Source of the DNA: Eledone cirrhosa
Taxonomy: Eukaryota
Assembly: GCA_964016885.1 (NCBI GenBank)
Contig: OZ024742.1
Coordinates: 51,770,001 to 51,834,000, forward strand
DNA length: 64,000 bases
Direction: 5' to 3'
Positions 51,420 to 64,000 of this stretch are shown in pieces. Every line of letters begins with the position of its first letter. The first letter of the stretch is position 1. Position numbers and translations under genes: made by a program. The notes beneath the pieces are model-generated. The model made no database searches. It was given only the letters and a program-made list of their open reading frames with translations, and was not told the origin of the DNA.

Positions 51420-51846
51420 ATCATACATATATACACACGTACATACACACACATATACATACACACATATATACACGCATACATACGCACACACATATAT
51501 AGATATATGTACACACACCTGCATACGCACACACGCAATTAATTAATAGAAAAATTAATAATAAAAAATAAAAATAAAAAACAATGGACAGCCATATAAT
51601 GCAATAGGCCGTCACATAAAAAAAAAAAAATATACGACTTAAGAAAATAAAAATAAAAATTATTATTAAGTTGACAGCGATACAGGAGACGACACAAATA
51701 AATAAACAAACACACGGGGTTATCAATACACACATTTACACATACACATACATACATATAACTATATACATACACATACACACATATGCATATACATATA
51801 TATATATACATACATATACATATATATATATTATATATATATATAT

Positions 51847-51887
<41 letters not shown>

Positions 51888-52070
51888 AGAACATAAAAAG
51901 GTGGAAGGGGTAAACAAATAGTTGGGAATACGACAAATAATAAATAAATAAATAGATAAAGGTATAAATGTTTATAGCTGATTTAGGGCACTCAACAAGT
52001 TCCTGGAGCAAATAATCAATGACAATAAACATTAAATCACTCTGTATGTAATTATGCATATACATACACA

Positions 52071-52102
<32 letters not shown>

Positions 52103-52450
52103 ACCATACAAATACACACATATATACATATATATCCACACATATATATATATATATATATATATAGGAAAATGTATGACCCCGATGGCAGAGCTCAAGC
52201 CGATTCGACGGCTATTATATATATATAAATATACACATATATATAAAAATACACATATACACACACACACACTAATACACACACACACACACATATACAA
52301 AAAGTTACGGCAACACCTTAATAAAAATACACACACACATATAAACACACACACATATATATATATATATACACACATACATATACATACAGATATATAT
52401 AACTATATACACACATACATATACATACAGATATAAATAATTATATACAC

Positions 52451-52481
<31 letters not shown>

Positions 52482-54775
52482 ATGGAAAAATTTGAACAGG
52501 GACAAAACAGAGAGGCAGTACAATAAATGTTTATTAATTTCACGCTCAGAAGAGTGGGTGGGGGGGGGGGGGTAGGTGGGGGACGACGTTTCGGGCATAA
52601 GCCCTTCCTCAGGTGGGAAGTGTGTGGGAACAGAGTTCAAAAGGTGTGTAGGGGAGTGGTGGAGAGACATATAGCGAAAGGAAACGGTGCGAATGAAAAA
52701 AAACAAATAAAGATAAAAAATAAAAATAAAGCATGATCAAAATACAAGGAATGAGAAAATTTAAAAATAAAGGCATGATCAAAATAAACTGAAATTAAAA
52801 GGGGGGTAAACAGGTGGTGGAAGGGTGTGGGGTGAGTAGGGGTGGTGGCGGGTGGAGTGGGGAGAGGGAGACGGGGTGTCCGAGCGGGGAGGGCTGAATT
52901 TGGTGTGTGTGTGTAGGTGTGCGTGTGTGTGTGTGTATGTGAAAGTAAGGGTTGGGGGAAGAACGGGGTTGCATGTTCAGAAAGAGGTGTTTGTGGGGGT
53001 GTTTTTCTGGGTCGGAGTGTCTGTGCGTGTGTGAATAGGGGGTGGGGGGGAGAGGAATCAGGAGGCTGAGGGTGTAAATATATGGTGGGAAGCACGTGTG
53101 TGTGGGGTTTAAGCGTGTTGTGGGTGTGGGTGGCGTGTGGAGAAAACAATTTTTTTTTGGGGGGGGGTGAGTTATATAGGTGATTACGTAAGAGGATGGT
53201 TGAACAGTTGGTAAGTTCCAAGGATGTATAGTGGATTGGTTGTAAGTCAAATTCTGCGTGTGGGTAATCCATGAAGCGGTGGTCGGAAGAGGAGAGATGT
53301 GGGGTGCGCGCGCAACAGGAAGTGGTCAGCAGTGGGAGTGCTGTGGTCTGTTAATGCTGGGAGGTGGTCAGATGGCATAGCAGCAGTCGGTGGAATGGTA
53401 AGGGGGCGAGGATGGGTAGGTGTGAAAGTTGGAGTGAGGAGGGTGTGTGTGTGTGTGTAGGGGTGTTAGTGGGATGAGTGAGTGTGAAGCGAGGGTGTGG
53501 GTGTAGCGGGGAGAGAGAAGGGTGTGTGTGGTTCTATGGAGGGAGTGTGGTGTACTGGTGTGTGTGTAGTTTGATGAAGAGGTGTTAGTGGGTGTTAGTA
53601 TACGGGAGGTGAGGAGGCGTTGAATGCAGGTGTGAGTGGGGGTTAGTGGTGGTAGGGCGTGTAGAGTTGGTGGTGTACGAGGGTGTGTGGGTACGTGTGC
53701 GTGGGGTTGGGGGTGTTAGTGATGTTAGTTGCGTGTGGGGTGGGTGGTGTAAGTGGGTGCGTGTGTTCGTGTGCTTGGGGTTAGGGGGTGTTAGTGAGGT
53801 TAGTTGCGGGGTGGTGGGATGGAGGTGTGGGGGTGAGAGGTGTGGGGGTGAGGATTAGTGGTGGTAGTAGGGTGTGTGTTTAGTTTGAGCGCGTGTATAT
53901 ATGTGCCGGTGGGTGTGTGCGTGTGATAAGGAAGGGGAGGAGGAGAAGAGAGGAGGGAAGGGATGTTTGTATGTTAGTTGGGGAAGGGTGGTCAGATGAG
54001 GGGTGGAGTGGAGGTGTTAGTATTGTTAGTGTGGGGTGGGCCGTGAAAAGAGGGCTGTGTTAGTGGTGTTAGTGAGGAATAAGTGTGGGGGGAGGGGGGC
54101 GGTCGAACGCTAAAGGAATAAGGGTGGGGAGTTCAGGCCGGGGGAGTGTGGGTCTGTAAGATGAAGATGGTTCGTTGTTCGACCGTAAGGCGATGGGCGG
54201 GTGTTCCGTGGCACTGGAGTAGGCCATAGACTGTGAGATGGCGTGCGGAGTGTCCAGGGCCACCAAAGTGGCGGGCGATGGGGGAACTGCCCCCGAGACG
54301 AATATCCCGGAGGTGCTCCGTGACTCGGTCCGCCAGGCGACGTCCCGTCTGTCCGACATAAGTCCGTAGACTAGGTTGGAGGAGGTGTAGCGGAAGCCAT
54401 GCCGGACCGAGAGAGAGTGGCCGTTGGGACCCGGGAATGTGGTGGTGTTGGTGATGTGGGGACAGGTGTTGCAGCGGGGCCTAGAACAGGGAAAGGAACC
54501 GGGGTGGGAAACAGAGCGTGGGTTGGGGGGTAGGGAGCTGTGGACGAGGAGGGTGCGGAGATTGCGTGCGCGTTTGAAGGAGGGGAGTGGTGGGGTTGGG
54601 AAGATGTGGGAGGTGGAGGGGTCGGACTGGAGGCGTCGGAAGAGGCGGCGGATGGTGCGGTGGAGGGGTGCGGTGGAGGGGTGGTAGGTGATGGGGAAGG
54701 GGAGACGGTGGGTGGGTGTGCGGTGGCGTGGGGTGAGGGTGGTGGAGCGGGGGACAGCTCGGGCGCGGGTGAGAC
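52482..54775 (-). mobile_element. GC-rich PLE copy 2 (5'-truncated)
   Basis: Collinear with 29581-31780 and has the same 3' terminus next to (TA)n. Confidence 0.93.
52583..52614 (-). ncRNA. Hammerhead core (family F), second copy
   Basis: Identical core to 29671-29702. Confidence 0.6.
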
Positions 54776-55039
54776 ACATATACATAACACATGCATACAC
54801 ACTGAAATAAATATCTATAAATATAAAAGGTGGGTATGTAAAGGGTAAGGTAGAAAGTAGGGGGAATAAGGAAAATAAATAACATGGGAAAAAGTTTAAA
54901 TATAAGGGGAGATAAGGGAGAAGAAGAATATAAGAGTACAGAAAATGGGTTCAGTGAGTAATAAAAATCGTAGTGGATGTAAGGCGTAGTGAGCAGAGAA
55001 GAAGTTCAAGGTGGTTGCGTCATCGTAGGAATGTCAATC

Positions 55040-56030
55040 CAATTACAGATCAGATTTCAGGTGATGACAACATCGGAAGATCTCGCTCTTGGAGTTCAGG
55101 CAAGTTAAAGTGGCTTTCACGATTTGTAGAATCCTAAATTTATTAGAGGTACACAAAGAACAATTCTTTGTGCCCCTTTGTTATTCCCTCGAATGGTCTA
55201 AAATAGACCAATCGATAGTGTGCGGGATGTTTTTATCTTTGAATTCCCACACCTTATTTGCGAGAGCCGTTGCTGTTCTTTCATCAGAGTGTTTAAAAGA
55301 AGCGATATGTGCATAAAACCTGGTTTTGAACCTGTCCTGAGTCATGCCAACATATCGTTCACTCCTGGCTGGCTAGTTGTTAATCAAAGGTGTCACTTAG
55401 GCCTCATATACAACGGATTTGGTATTACATTTGCCCTGTAATGGGCATTCATCCGGCTTCCTGCAACTGCATCCTGGATTTATTCTCGTACGATTAGAAT
55501 TGGTGATTTTAGACTTCATTGATGGGCAGAAAGAGTAACTGATTTTAACTACATTTCTATTAAATATCTTATAATATCTATGATGAGGAGGAATTTCCTT
55601 CCTACATTAGTTTTGACAGTTAGAGAGAAGGGGGTGTCAACCAAATAATTTTCCTTTTCCTATTATTGTGATTAGTTTTAGGGGGAGAAGTAGGTAAATA
55701 TTTAATGTCTTCTGTAAATCCGCTGTTATTAAGGGCTTTATTATAATAAGATGCGGCTTTGTTAAAAATGTCTAGAGACGAAGATAAGGTGGAAATCCTA
55801 CGGCTAATATTGGGAATAAGATTTTTAAAAACTATATGGGGATGGCAAGACTCTTTGTGTATATATCTAAGATTTGGGTTAGGTTTATGATAAGGTTTAA
55901 AAGAAGCAGTAAGTAGATCAAGATTAATGTCAAGAAAGTTAACATTGGTAAGGTTTGTATCTATAGTAATTTTTATGTTTAGATTAGCAAAAGTATTGAT
56001 TAAATCTTTAGGGAATTTATCAAGGTTATG
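55040..56030 (-). pseudogene. Degenerate Naiad-type PLE fragment (thumb + GIY-YIG)
   Basis: NFLDINLDL...PYHKPN..YIHKESCHP, CSCRKPDECPLQGKC..VVYEA, YVGMTQDRFKTRF. Confidence 0.85.
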
Positions 56031-56460
56031 GCCGTTGGTGAACTACCAAACCCATCATGGATTCATTGAAGTGTGTAAGGCAGAAGGACAGCTGATGGTC
56101 AGTGTGACAGCACCTATTTGTAAAAATTTATGATGACGTAGAAAAACAAGAGCCAAAAGCAGGACAAGCGAGGAAGATGTTTTTTGACGCTAACAACCCA
56201 GTGAGAAAATTTGACCCGAAATTATGAAAAGTGTCCGACGGACCTGCAGACCCAGAATCAAACAGATCCATACAATGATCGTGTTTCGAGCTGTCTGCCG
56301 GCGAAACAATTGTAACACACAAAAAATTAAGTTCAGATGCGTCACTGATTTTTCGTTTTCTATTATATCACACTCTGTTCTGTAAGAACATAGAGTGTTC
56401 AACCGGCATACCGCCTATGGAAGCATTTTAGCTACCATCAGACATATATATTTATATGTA

Positions 56461-56521
<61 letters not shown>

Positions 56522-56709
56522 CACATAAGAAACGGAGAATCAGTGTTGCGACGAATATATATATATATTTAAAAGTTAAACAAGGTTCAATGAATAAATC
56601 AAAGAATGAGTTTTACAATAGATTGGAAGCACTCAACAAGTTTTGGTTTTCCAGAGTTTTTAATATTAATTCAAAATATTAACAAAATAGATATTCTTGT
56701 GATCTAGTA

Positions 56710-56776
56710 TATTTTATTATACAGATTTCAGAGGTACTAAGTTAACTTCAACAGCACGTCCTCATCAGATAAAATA
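56710..56776 (-). ncRNA. Hammerhead (family E), inverted pLTR copy
   Basis: TATTTTAT-CTGATGA-gg...ct-GAAAT-ctgt-ATA-ATAAAATA. Confidence 0.7.
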
Positions 56777-57010
56777 AGATGATGCATGACATACCCTGAC
56801 ATAGTAGATGGTTAAGATTCAGTCATGGTAGTGAGTAATATATGACAAAACTCAATATTTATATACCTTAATATTGAGAACTACTTCTGTAGCAGTAAAA
56901 ACACCACTAGCTAATCTCTTCTTTAAGGCTTTAGATAATTCCTTCCCTAGTCAACATAAATACCGTTCGATATTTAATAGAGACACAATTAGCTTTCTTA
57001 TTCTACAACT

Positions 57011-57559
57011 ATGAATATGGCCCAAAACATCGCTAAACTAAATAGTAGAATTATAAACCAAAATCAGCATAATAGTGTTAATAATAGTGTTAATATAAAT
57101 AATAATAAATTGAAATGTAATTGTAGAAATAAACCAGATTGCTCTTTGCAAAATAATTGTCTGGATAAAGATTTGGTGTATAAATGCACCGTAAAAGCAA
57201 ATAACATCACATACAACTACATAGGGGCAACTTCTTCGACATTTAAATCAAGATTTGCGAATCACAAATCCTCTTTTTCGAATCCTAATAGGAATTCTTC
57301 GACTTCTTTATCACAACTTATATGGTCATTAAAAGACAAATATTTTAAATACTCGATTTTTTGGACGAAGCTATGTAATAGTAGAATCTACTCGAATTCG
57401 TCTATATCAACTAACTGCAACCTCTGTACTAAGGAGACCCTATTAATAATTACTAATTATGAAAACTTAATTAACAAACAAAGTGAATTATTCTCAAACT
57501 GCCTTCATAAAGCTTCGTCTACATTCAAAGCCTCGCAAAAAGTCAGGAAAAAATACTAA
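57011..57559 (+). pseudogene. PLE GIY-YIG endonuclease fragment
   Basis: CNCRNKPDCSLQNNCL...LVYKC...YIGATSSTFKSRFANH. Confidence 0.88.
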
Positions 57560-59441
57560 AAAAACAGGTTTTAATTTTTGACGTCTCTTATCAACTGTTG
57601 TACCTAAAACGTTATAACAGTTTATAAAACTTTAATAATACTTTATTTTCTAATCATTTATGATAGAATTAATGTTAGAATGAAGCGTCCTGTTTAGGTA
57701 TATAAACATATTATTTGTTAACTTGTTCTCTTGATGAATATGCACACCTTTGGATTATTTTAGATATATATAATTTAGATTCGGATCCTTATATATATTT
57801 GTTTTTGTTTTAAATATATAATTTGGATATATAACTTGTAAGATTACCGGTTATAATTGAACCGTAAATCATTCATGCATTTATATATTTTACTCATTTT
57901 GGGTATGATTTGGGACTCAGAAAGTTAGATTTGTACATATATATTTTTATATATATTTATGTATAAATATCACAAACCATACTAGTCGAAACATATTGGT
58001 CTCTCTTTCCATTAAACTGGAGGTAAAGCTACAATTATAACATTACTAATAATGATTGCAATTATTTATTTATTATATGTATATCGTTTCACTAATACCT
58101 ATAATACTCTCTCTATATATTTGAACACATTTGTTTATCTAGTATAACATGCTCGTAGTTACATTTATAAGTAATTTAGATACTCAAATGACTCTCTATT
58201 GTTATAAGTGTTAGATATTTCCTTAATGTTCTAAATTATATAACGATTAATACTTAATTTAATTTATTTTAATTAAATTTAGATTACCTTCGGGTCATTC
58301 AAATCCTTAGCTCCTCTTTCTATCATCTTCGTGGACATTTTAGAAGTGTCTTTTGTCTACTATATAATAAAACCCTCTTGCATTTTAAACTATATTTTTT
58401 TAATATTGGGCATTTTTATATCTCGCAAACAATTCAATCTTTTTATTTTGTATCTAGTCCTTATCATTAGGTCTCATGAAGTTTTGACTTATATATTTAT
58501 AGTATATATCTATTAAATGATACTATTACAATAATTGATCTAAAACATTAATGTTTAACAATATTTTCAGTAACTTATTTACTATATTGTATTATGTTAT
58601 GTATATTTGAGAGGTTTCATCTTAAGTCTTTAGCCAATATAATCTTTGTGTATTTTTTTGATAAACGCATATATGTAATTTAAAATTCAGATCTTTTTAA
58701 GTTTAATTAAAAGGCCTGTTGATCCTTTAGGCACTCAAATTGTTAATCATAAATTCTTTACAAATTATAACTGTAATTATTTTCTAAATTATATTATATA
58801 AACTGTTGTCAATATTATATAATAAATTTGGTAAACTTAACCTTCCTGAGGTTGTAAAAACATTATGTTTTCTTTCTCGTGTTTGTAAATTCTTTAAATT
58901 TGATTTCATAAAATTTGATTTCATAAAATTTGATTTTACAATTTAAATTTGATAGTATACTTTAATATTAATACAGATACATATTAACTTTTAAAACATA
59001 AAATATTATTCCTTACTCTGAACTAACTTAAATTAAATATTTTGAATGTTAACGGTCAACCAGATATGTTTAGATATATATTGTATATATGGATAATTGT
59101 CTGAAGACTTGAACGTAAGTTATTCCTCTTTATCTCTCTCTCTGTCTGTAATCAACTCTCCTTTGTTTTTCTAGGCTCCTACTAACTATATTATCCCCAC
59201 ATCTGTTTCTTCCTCTATGCTTTTCTTTTCTTTTCTCTTTCTTCGGTAATTTAAATTATTCAACAGTTATATTGCTGCCAAGTATTTTTTAAGCTTTCTC
59301 ACACGCACCCTCTCTATTGTATGTATTATATATTTTTCTCATGTTCTCAATATTAAGGTAAATAAATATTGAGTTTTGTCATATATTACTCACTACCATG
59401 ACCCGAATCTTAACTATGTCAGGGTATACCATGCATCATCT

Positions 59442-59499
59442 TATTTTATCTGATGAGGACGTACTGGTGAAGTATCTCTGAAATATGTATAATAAAATA
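59442..59499 (+). ncRNA. Hammerhead (family E)
   Basis: TATTTTAT-CTGATGA-ggacgtactggtgaagtatctct-GAAAT-ATGT-ATA-ATAAAATA: 8-bp stem I, AUA site. Confidence 0.75.
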
Positions 59500-60531
59500 T
59501 AATTGATCACAATTAATATTTTGAATTAATATATATATATAATTCTTTGTCTCTCTGTCTATCTGTTCCTATGTATTAGACGCCTGAAATGTCAACATGT
59601 AATTTTCATTTGCATTTAAAAAATATAGTATGTTATCTGAAATAACCTTTCTATAGTGAACTATAGTAAACCACCACCACCACCACAACAACAACAACAA
59701 CTATAACGTCACGTTTTATGAGTCTGTGTATGTTTGTGAGTGTGTGTGTGTTTGCGAGTTCGTTACATACGTTAGGTCTCAGAGAATTAAACACACACAC
59801 ACATCTACACATATGTGTATACAAACACACACACACATCTACACATACAGATACCTACGTGATGACAGACAGGTGTGCGTGAATCTATGTCTGTGTGTCT
59901 CTGTCTTAGTATATGTGTGTGAGTGCATGTGTGTGTTAGGCCTCAGAGAATTAAACACACACATTCATATAGCGTCAGTAAGTTGCATACACATTATTTT
60001 GACACAGACAATTAAACTGACAAACACATCTACACATACAGATATATATGTGATGACAATTAACTGTGCATGAAAACGTATGTCTGTGTGTGTCTGTCTT
60101 AGTATATGTATGTGAGTGTATGTATGTATGTGTGGGTGTATGTGGGTGTATATGGGGGTATTGTGTGAATGTATGGGTGTGAGCAACAATTTATTCATTT
60201 AGACACCAACAAAAAATGACACAATGAATATTGTTTAACCTAAGGTGCTTCAAGTTTCACATATTTTCATTTCTAAATTCTATTATCATTACAATTTTGA
60301 TATTTTTATATAAAATATAGATATTTTGAAATAATTATGACACAAAAAAAAACATATCTTCGTATTCATTGTTTACTAATCTGAACAGAAGTAACCCGGG
60401 CAACGTGGGTAATTCGGATAATATATTTCGGACTTTTAATGGTTTTACCCTACTTTATCAGGTATCTTTAAAGCATTTCTGAGATTGAGTATTTTCTTTA
60501 CACTTAAGTAAATATAAATATATATATATAT

Positions 60532-61332
60532 CACTGAGCTGGCCCACCGAGATCTGACCAGGATGTAGTCAATCTGATTGGCCGTTCTCCCGTCATTGGA
60601 TCGCCACGTGACGAGGTGACGCCCAGGATGTTGGAACCGGGTGTTGGTGACGATAAGACGATTGGCATCCGCGAAGGACACAAGCCGTTCGCCATTGTCA
60701 CAGCGTACGCCTAGGGCAAAGCGTCCTAGAATATGCCGTGTTATATCATCAGCCGGTCCCGTCCGCGCATTCCAGTCCCCAGCGACAAGGAGAACATCAC
60801 TGGAGGGGACCCCACCCACGGTTGTTTGGATATCGGCATAGAACTGCGTTTTGGCCGCCTCGGCCGCATTGAGTGTGGGAGCGTAGACGGCAATAACGCT
60901 GACGTTGGAGATTTGACCCTTCAATCGAACCAGCGCGAGTCGGTGTGAGATTGGCTGCCACGCCAGCAGAGCCGCTTGCGCGTCGGGGCTGAGCGCTACA
61001 GCGACCCCCTGAAGGCCACTGTTGCCAGTCACGCCACTATGGTACAAGTGGTAGGAGATGTACTCGCCAGGAACTTTGATCGGAAGATGACCAACATCGG
61101 GAAGTCGAACTTCTGAAAGGTTAGCGACACTAACGCAGTACCTGTGCAGAGCCTTCATTGTAAGTGCCTGGACACCGTCGTCACGAAGTCTTCGGACATT
61201 CCAGCACGCCACTCTCAATTCCTTCCTTCGTCTGAAGAGCGGGACTAATGCGGGAGTAGTCTGTAGAGCCATAGCTGTAGGAGAGCTGTTGCTTTGCATT
61301 GCGTTCGTAGCGGGAAGGCAATTCGTATTCAT
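60532..61332 (-). pseudogene. RTE APE endonuclease (truncated by the inversion)
   Basis: APE motifs in ORF 60445-61332. The tail runs into (TA)n. Confidence 0.9.
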
Positions 61333-62815
61333 AGTTCGTATTTGTAGGATTCATGAAAGAAGTGTCATGGGAGTAGTGAATTCACAAGCGGTCCCCAAAA
61401 CACCCGCATGTATATCCCGAACGAGGGGAAAAAACGTCCTGTTTGCCGCAGATTTTCCATAGACGCAGGGACAGAAACGACCCGGTTGCCGGAACAGACA
61501 CCTCTTGGATGTTCACTCTTTTGCCGGATGGCGGCCCTAATACCGTTGGGTGCCAGACCAATCCACCTTGGGTGGCCCTACCAGGAAGCGAAGTTCCCGA
61601 TGGCATAGCTGTGACACTACCCGTTGCCACCGCCCTGCCACGTTGAGGAGGGGCTTTTACGGGCAGTGTGCATGGGTCAGAGCATACGTTTGTTCGAGCA
61701 ACCCTTCGTCTGCGGCTGCAGGCGAAACCTCCTCCCAACCGCCAGTAAAGGATCGACATCTCGCGACTCAAGCTCGATGCTGGAAATGCATTCCGGCTAG
61801 AGCTGTGAAACCGATTCCAAATGCTGAGTAACAAAGTGGAACAGCAGCCGGAGCAGAAGTGGAACCCGCTCAGGGCGTCTACGGTTGAGGTGGCCAGGGA
61901 GCATCTCGGGTCGACCCAAAGACGCCATCGGGACTGGATCTCCGGCGGCATTCTTGAACTCGTGGAGAGGGCGAAAGTGGCCCAACTCGAAGGTGCACTC
62001 ATTCTTCGAGATCTCCGACGTCGCACATCTCGGGCTATTCGAGCCGATAGGAATGCACACTGGCGCGAATTTGCGGAGCAGATGGAGAGGGCAGCAGCCT
62101 GTGGTGACTTGCGAAAGTCTACTAACTGGTGAAGCGGGCCAGCCGAAGCAGTACGGGTATCAGCGAAACGATCCGTGTTGGGAACGGGCGGTCATTACCA
62201 ATCTTAATGACAGGCTAGTCCGATTGCGGGACCATTTCTCCGAGCTGCTCAACCACCTGCCACCACCCACGCCAACCGACGTGTAGCATTTCGGAGAAGA
62301 ATACGGGTGAAGCACTGCCCCTCTAACGGTCGAGGAGGTACATAGTCTCATGACACATCTCAGGAACAACATGGCGCCGGGCGAAGATGGCGTTCCAGCT
62401 GAGGTCTACAAGGCCGAGCCTGATGTCTTCGCAGCTTGGCTCCATCGAGTCTTCTCCTCGGTGTGGGCGTCGGAGCGGTTCCCTGGTGACTGGAGCGAGG
62501 CAACTCTCCTATCCTTCTTCAAAAAAGGCGATAGGAAACTGTGTTCCAACTACAGGGGTATCAGTTTAATTGACGTTGTGTTGCCAAAACCTTCGCAATT
62601 CTTCTGTTGAAGAGGTTCCAGGCCATCCGTGATGTCCGTACCCGTCCTTCTCAGGGCGGCTTCCGTCTGGGGAGTGGGTGCGTTGGTCAAATCTTCAATC
62701 TCCGGCGTGTCCTGGAACAACGGTGGGCATATCAACAGCCTACCGTCCTCTACTTCATCGGCTTTGCAGCTGCCTTCGACTCGATAGGTCGGGAAGCCCT
62801 CTGGCGTATAATGGT
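60532..62815. mobile_element. RTE-clade LINE with 5' inversion (5'UTR + APE on minus, remainder on plus)
   Basis: Minus strand: WNVR..GDWNAR..NQIDYILVRSRWASSV. Plus strand from ~61650: GAFTGSVHGSEH..LRLRL, APGEDG, NYRGISL, QIFNLRRVLE, AAFDS. Confidence 0.9.
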
Positions 62816-63277
62816 AAATATGTTGGTAGATATACTAATTCTTTATAATTATCTCCAAATTATTTGTTGAGCGAAATTTTGCCTGAATTACTACTATGAT
62901 TCATAGTAATATTTTGGCTACTGTCTTTTTAACACCCCACTCCTCACTGATTAACCTCGATGTCACGTGATTGATTCTTTTGAATTTGCCACTGACCGGG
63001 AAGGTAGTGAAATTTTCAGTGTCTTGAAATTTAGACCGCGCTTGCTTTTTTACATTCACTGAATTATTTTTGTTTGAGCTCCCTGTGTCTGCCTATCGCC
63101 AGGGATATTGTATCTGTATTTTTGACCGTTGGTCAGTCAATGGCAACATTGAGGACCGAATAAATGAGATTACCGATATAAAAGACACAGATGCGAAAAG
63201 CGAAAACCAACCAAGCAGTGAGTTTGTTCTGTTATTAATTATGGCATTATTACACAAATATGACCCTCCCCAAGTAT

Positions 63278-63348
<71 letters not shown>

Positions 63349-64000
63349 TATTTTCCGTTGTGTTGTAATATAAATATTACACACAGTAGATTATCAGCTC
63401 ACGTAGAGTTTGCTCGACGGTTCCAGTTGTAGTTCCAAAAGTAATCCGGAGAAAAATAGAAAGATTTGAATGGATACAGTTTAGTTGAAAGGAATTTATT
63501 GACACGTGTTTCTATAACAGTTACATAACCTAAAACAGCTATCTACAAACTTTTAGTTATGCAGGCATTCAATATTTCAATGTTATTATTTACTGTCATT
63601 TCATCAGAATAATATTACTGAGGACCTATTTAGTTTTTATAGAGAATATTAAGAGGGAGGGGTGAAGTTGTTAGAAGAATAGGAGTGGTTTTTCGATAGC
63701 AGTGAGAATTCTTGGTGGCAGTGAGTAATTAGATTCCCATCTGTTGTTTTGGCATTTTTTATAGAATATATTATTGGTTATTTTTCTAAATCTATAGAAG
63801 GATTAGAGATAGTAAAGATATGCGTGGTTGGTTTTGTGTTTGCACTTAATTAACATTCAGACTTAAATTTTTCTTTCAAGTGTACGTATCCTTTCACCCA
63901 CGCATTCACACACAAATATATTTGCACACCTCTACAAAATACATATACTCACAATTCACATATTCATACTTACATATATATACACATGCATACACATATA

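Larger units (their letters stand above)
56660..59530 (+). mobile_element. 5'-truncated Naiad-type PLE with inverted pLTRs
   Basis: GIY-YIG ORF 57011-57559. 56660-56872 is the reverse complement of 59362-59530. Confidence 0.85.

Noticed and set aside
56280-56325. GAAAC-AATT-GTA half-core and TGTTTCG/CGAAACA hairpin
   Set aside because: No matching CUGANGA with a stem I partner.
60391-60425. Helitron-like 3' hairpin (ACCC..GCAACG.GGGT)
   Set aside because: The terminal CTAG is degraded and the 5' end could not be located.
63560-63615. Hammerhead-like CTGATGA-AATG...CATT-GAAA on the minus strand
   Set aside because: Stem I does not close. At best it is a decayed motif.

Overview
Eukaryotic, AT-rich, microsatellite-dense DNA consisting almost entirely of transposable elements. 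The SINE and microsatellite make-up suggests a cephalopod (Octopus-like) genome, but that is an inference. I found no intact host protein-coding gene, and most listed ORFs are (TA)n/(CA)n/(CT)n or antisense artefacts. The window holds four Tx1/L1-clade LINE copies associated with (TCTA)n or (ATT)n tracts, and at least six Penelope-like element (PLE) copies, including one uninterrupted ~811-aa Naiad-type RT+GIY-YIG ORF between ~1.1-kb direct pseudo-LTRs. It also holds RTE, R4/Dong and CRE-like remnants, a hATm fragment, a non-autonomous Helitron and tRNA-derived SINEs. The main signal missing from the ORF track is a dense set of about 16 type-I hammerhead ribozyme (HHR) motifs from about 8 unrelated sequence families. 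These include a variant with a ~100-nt rod-like stem II supported by covariation, and several HHR-carrying fold-back palindromes. All folds were done by eye and element boundaries are approximate.
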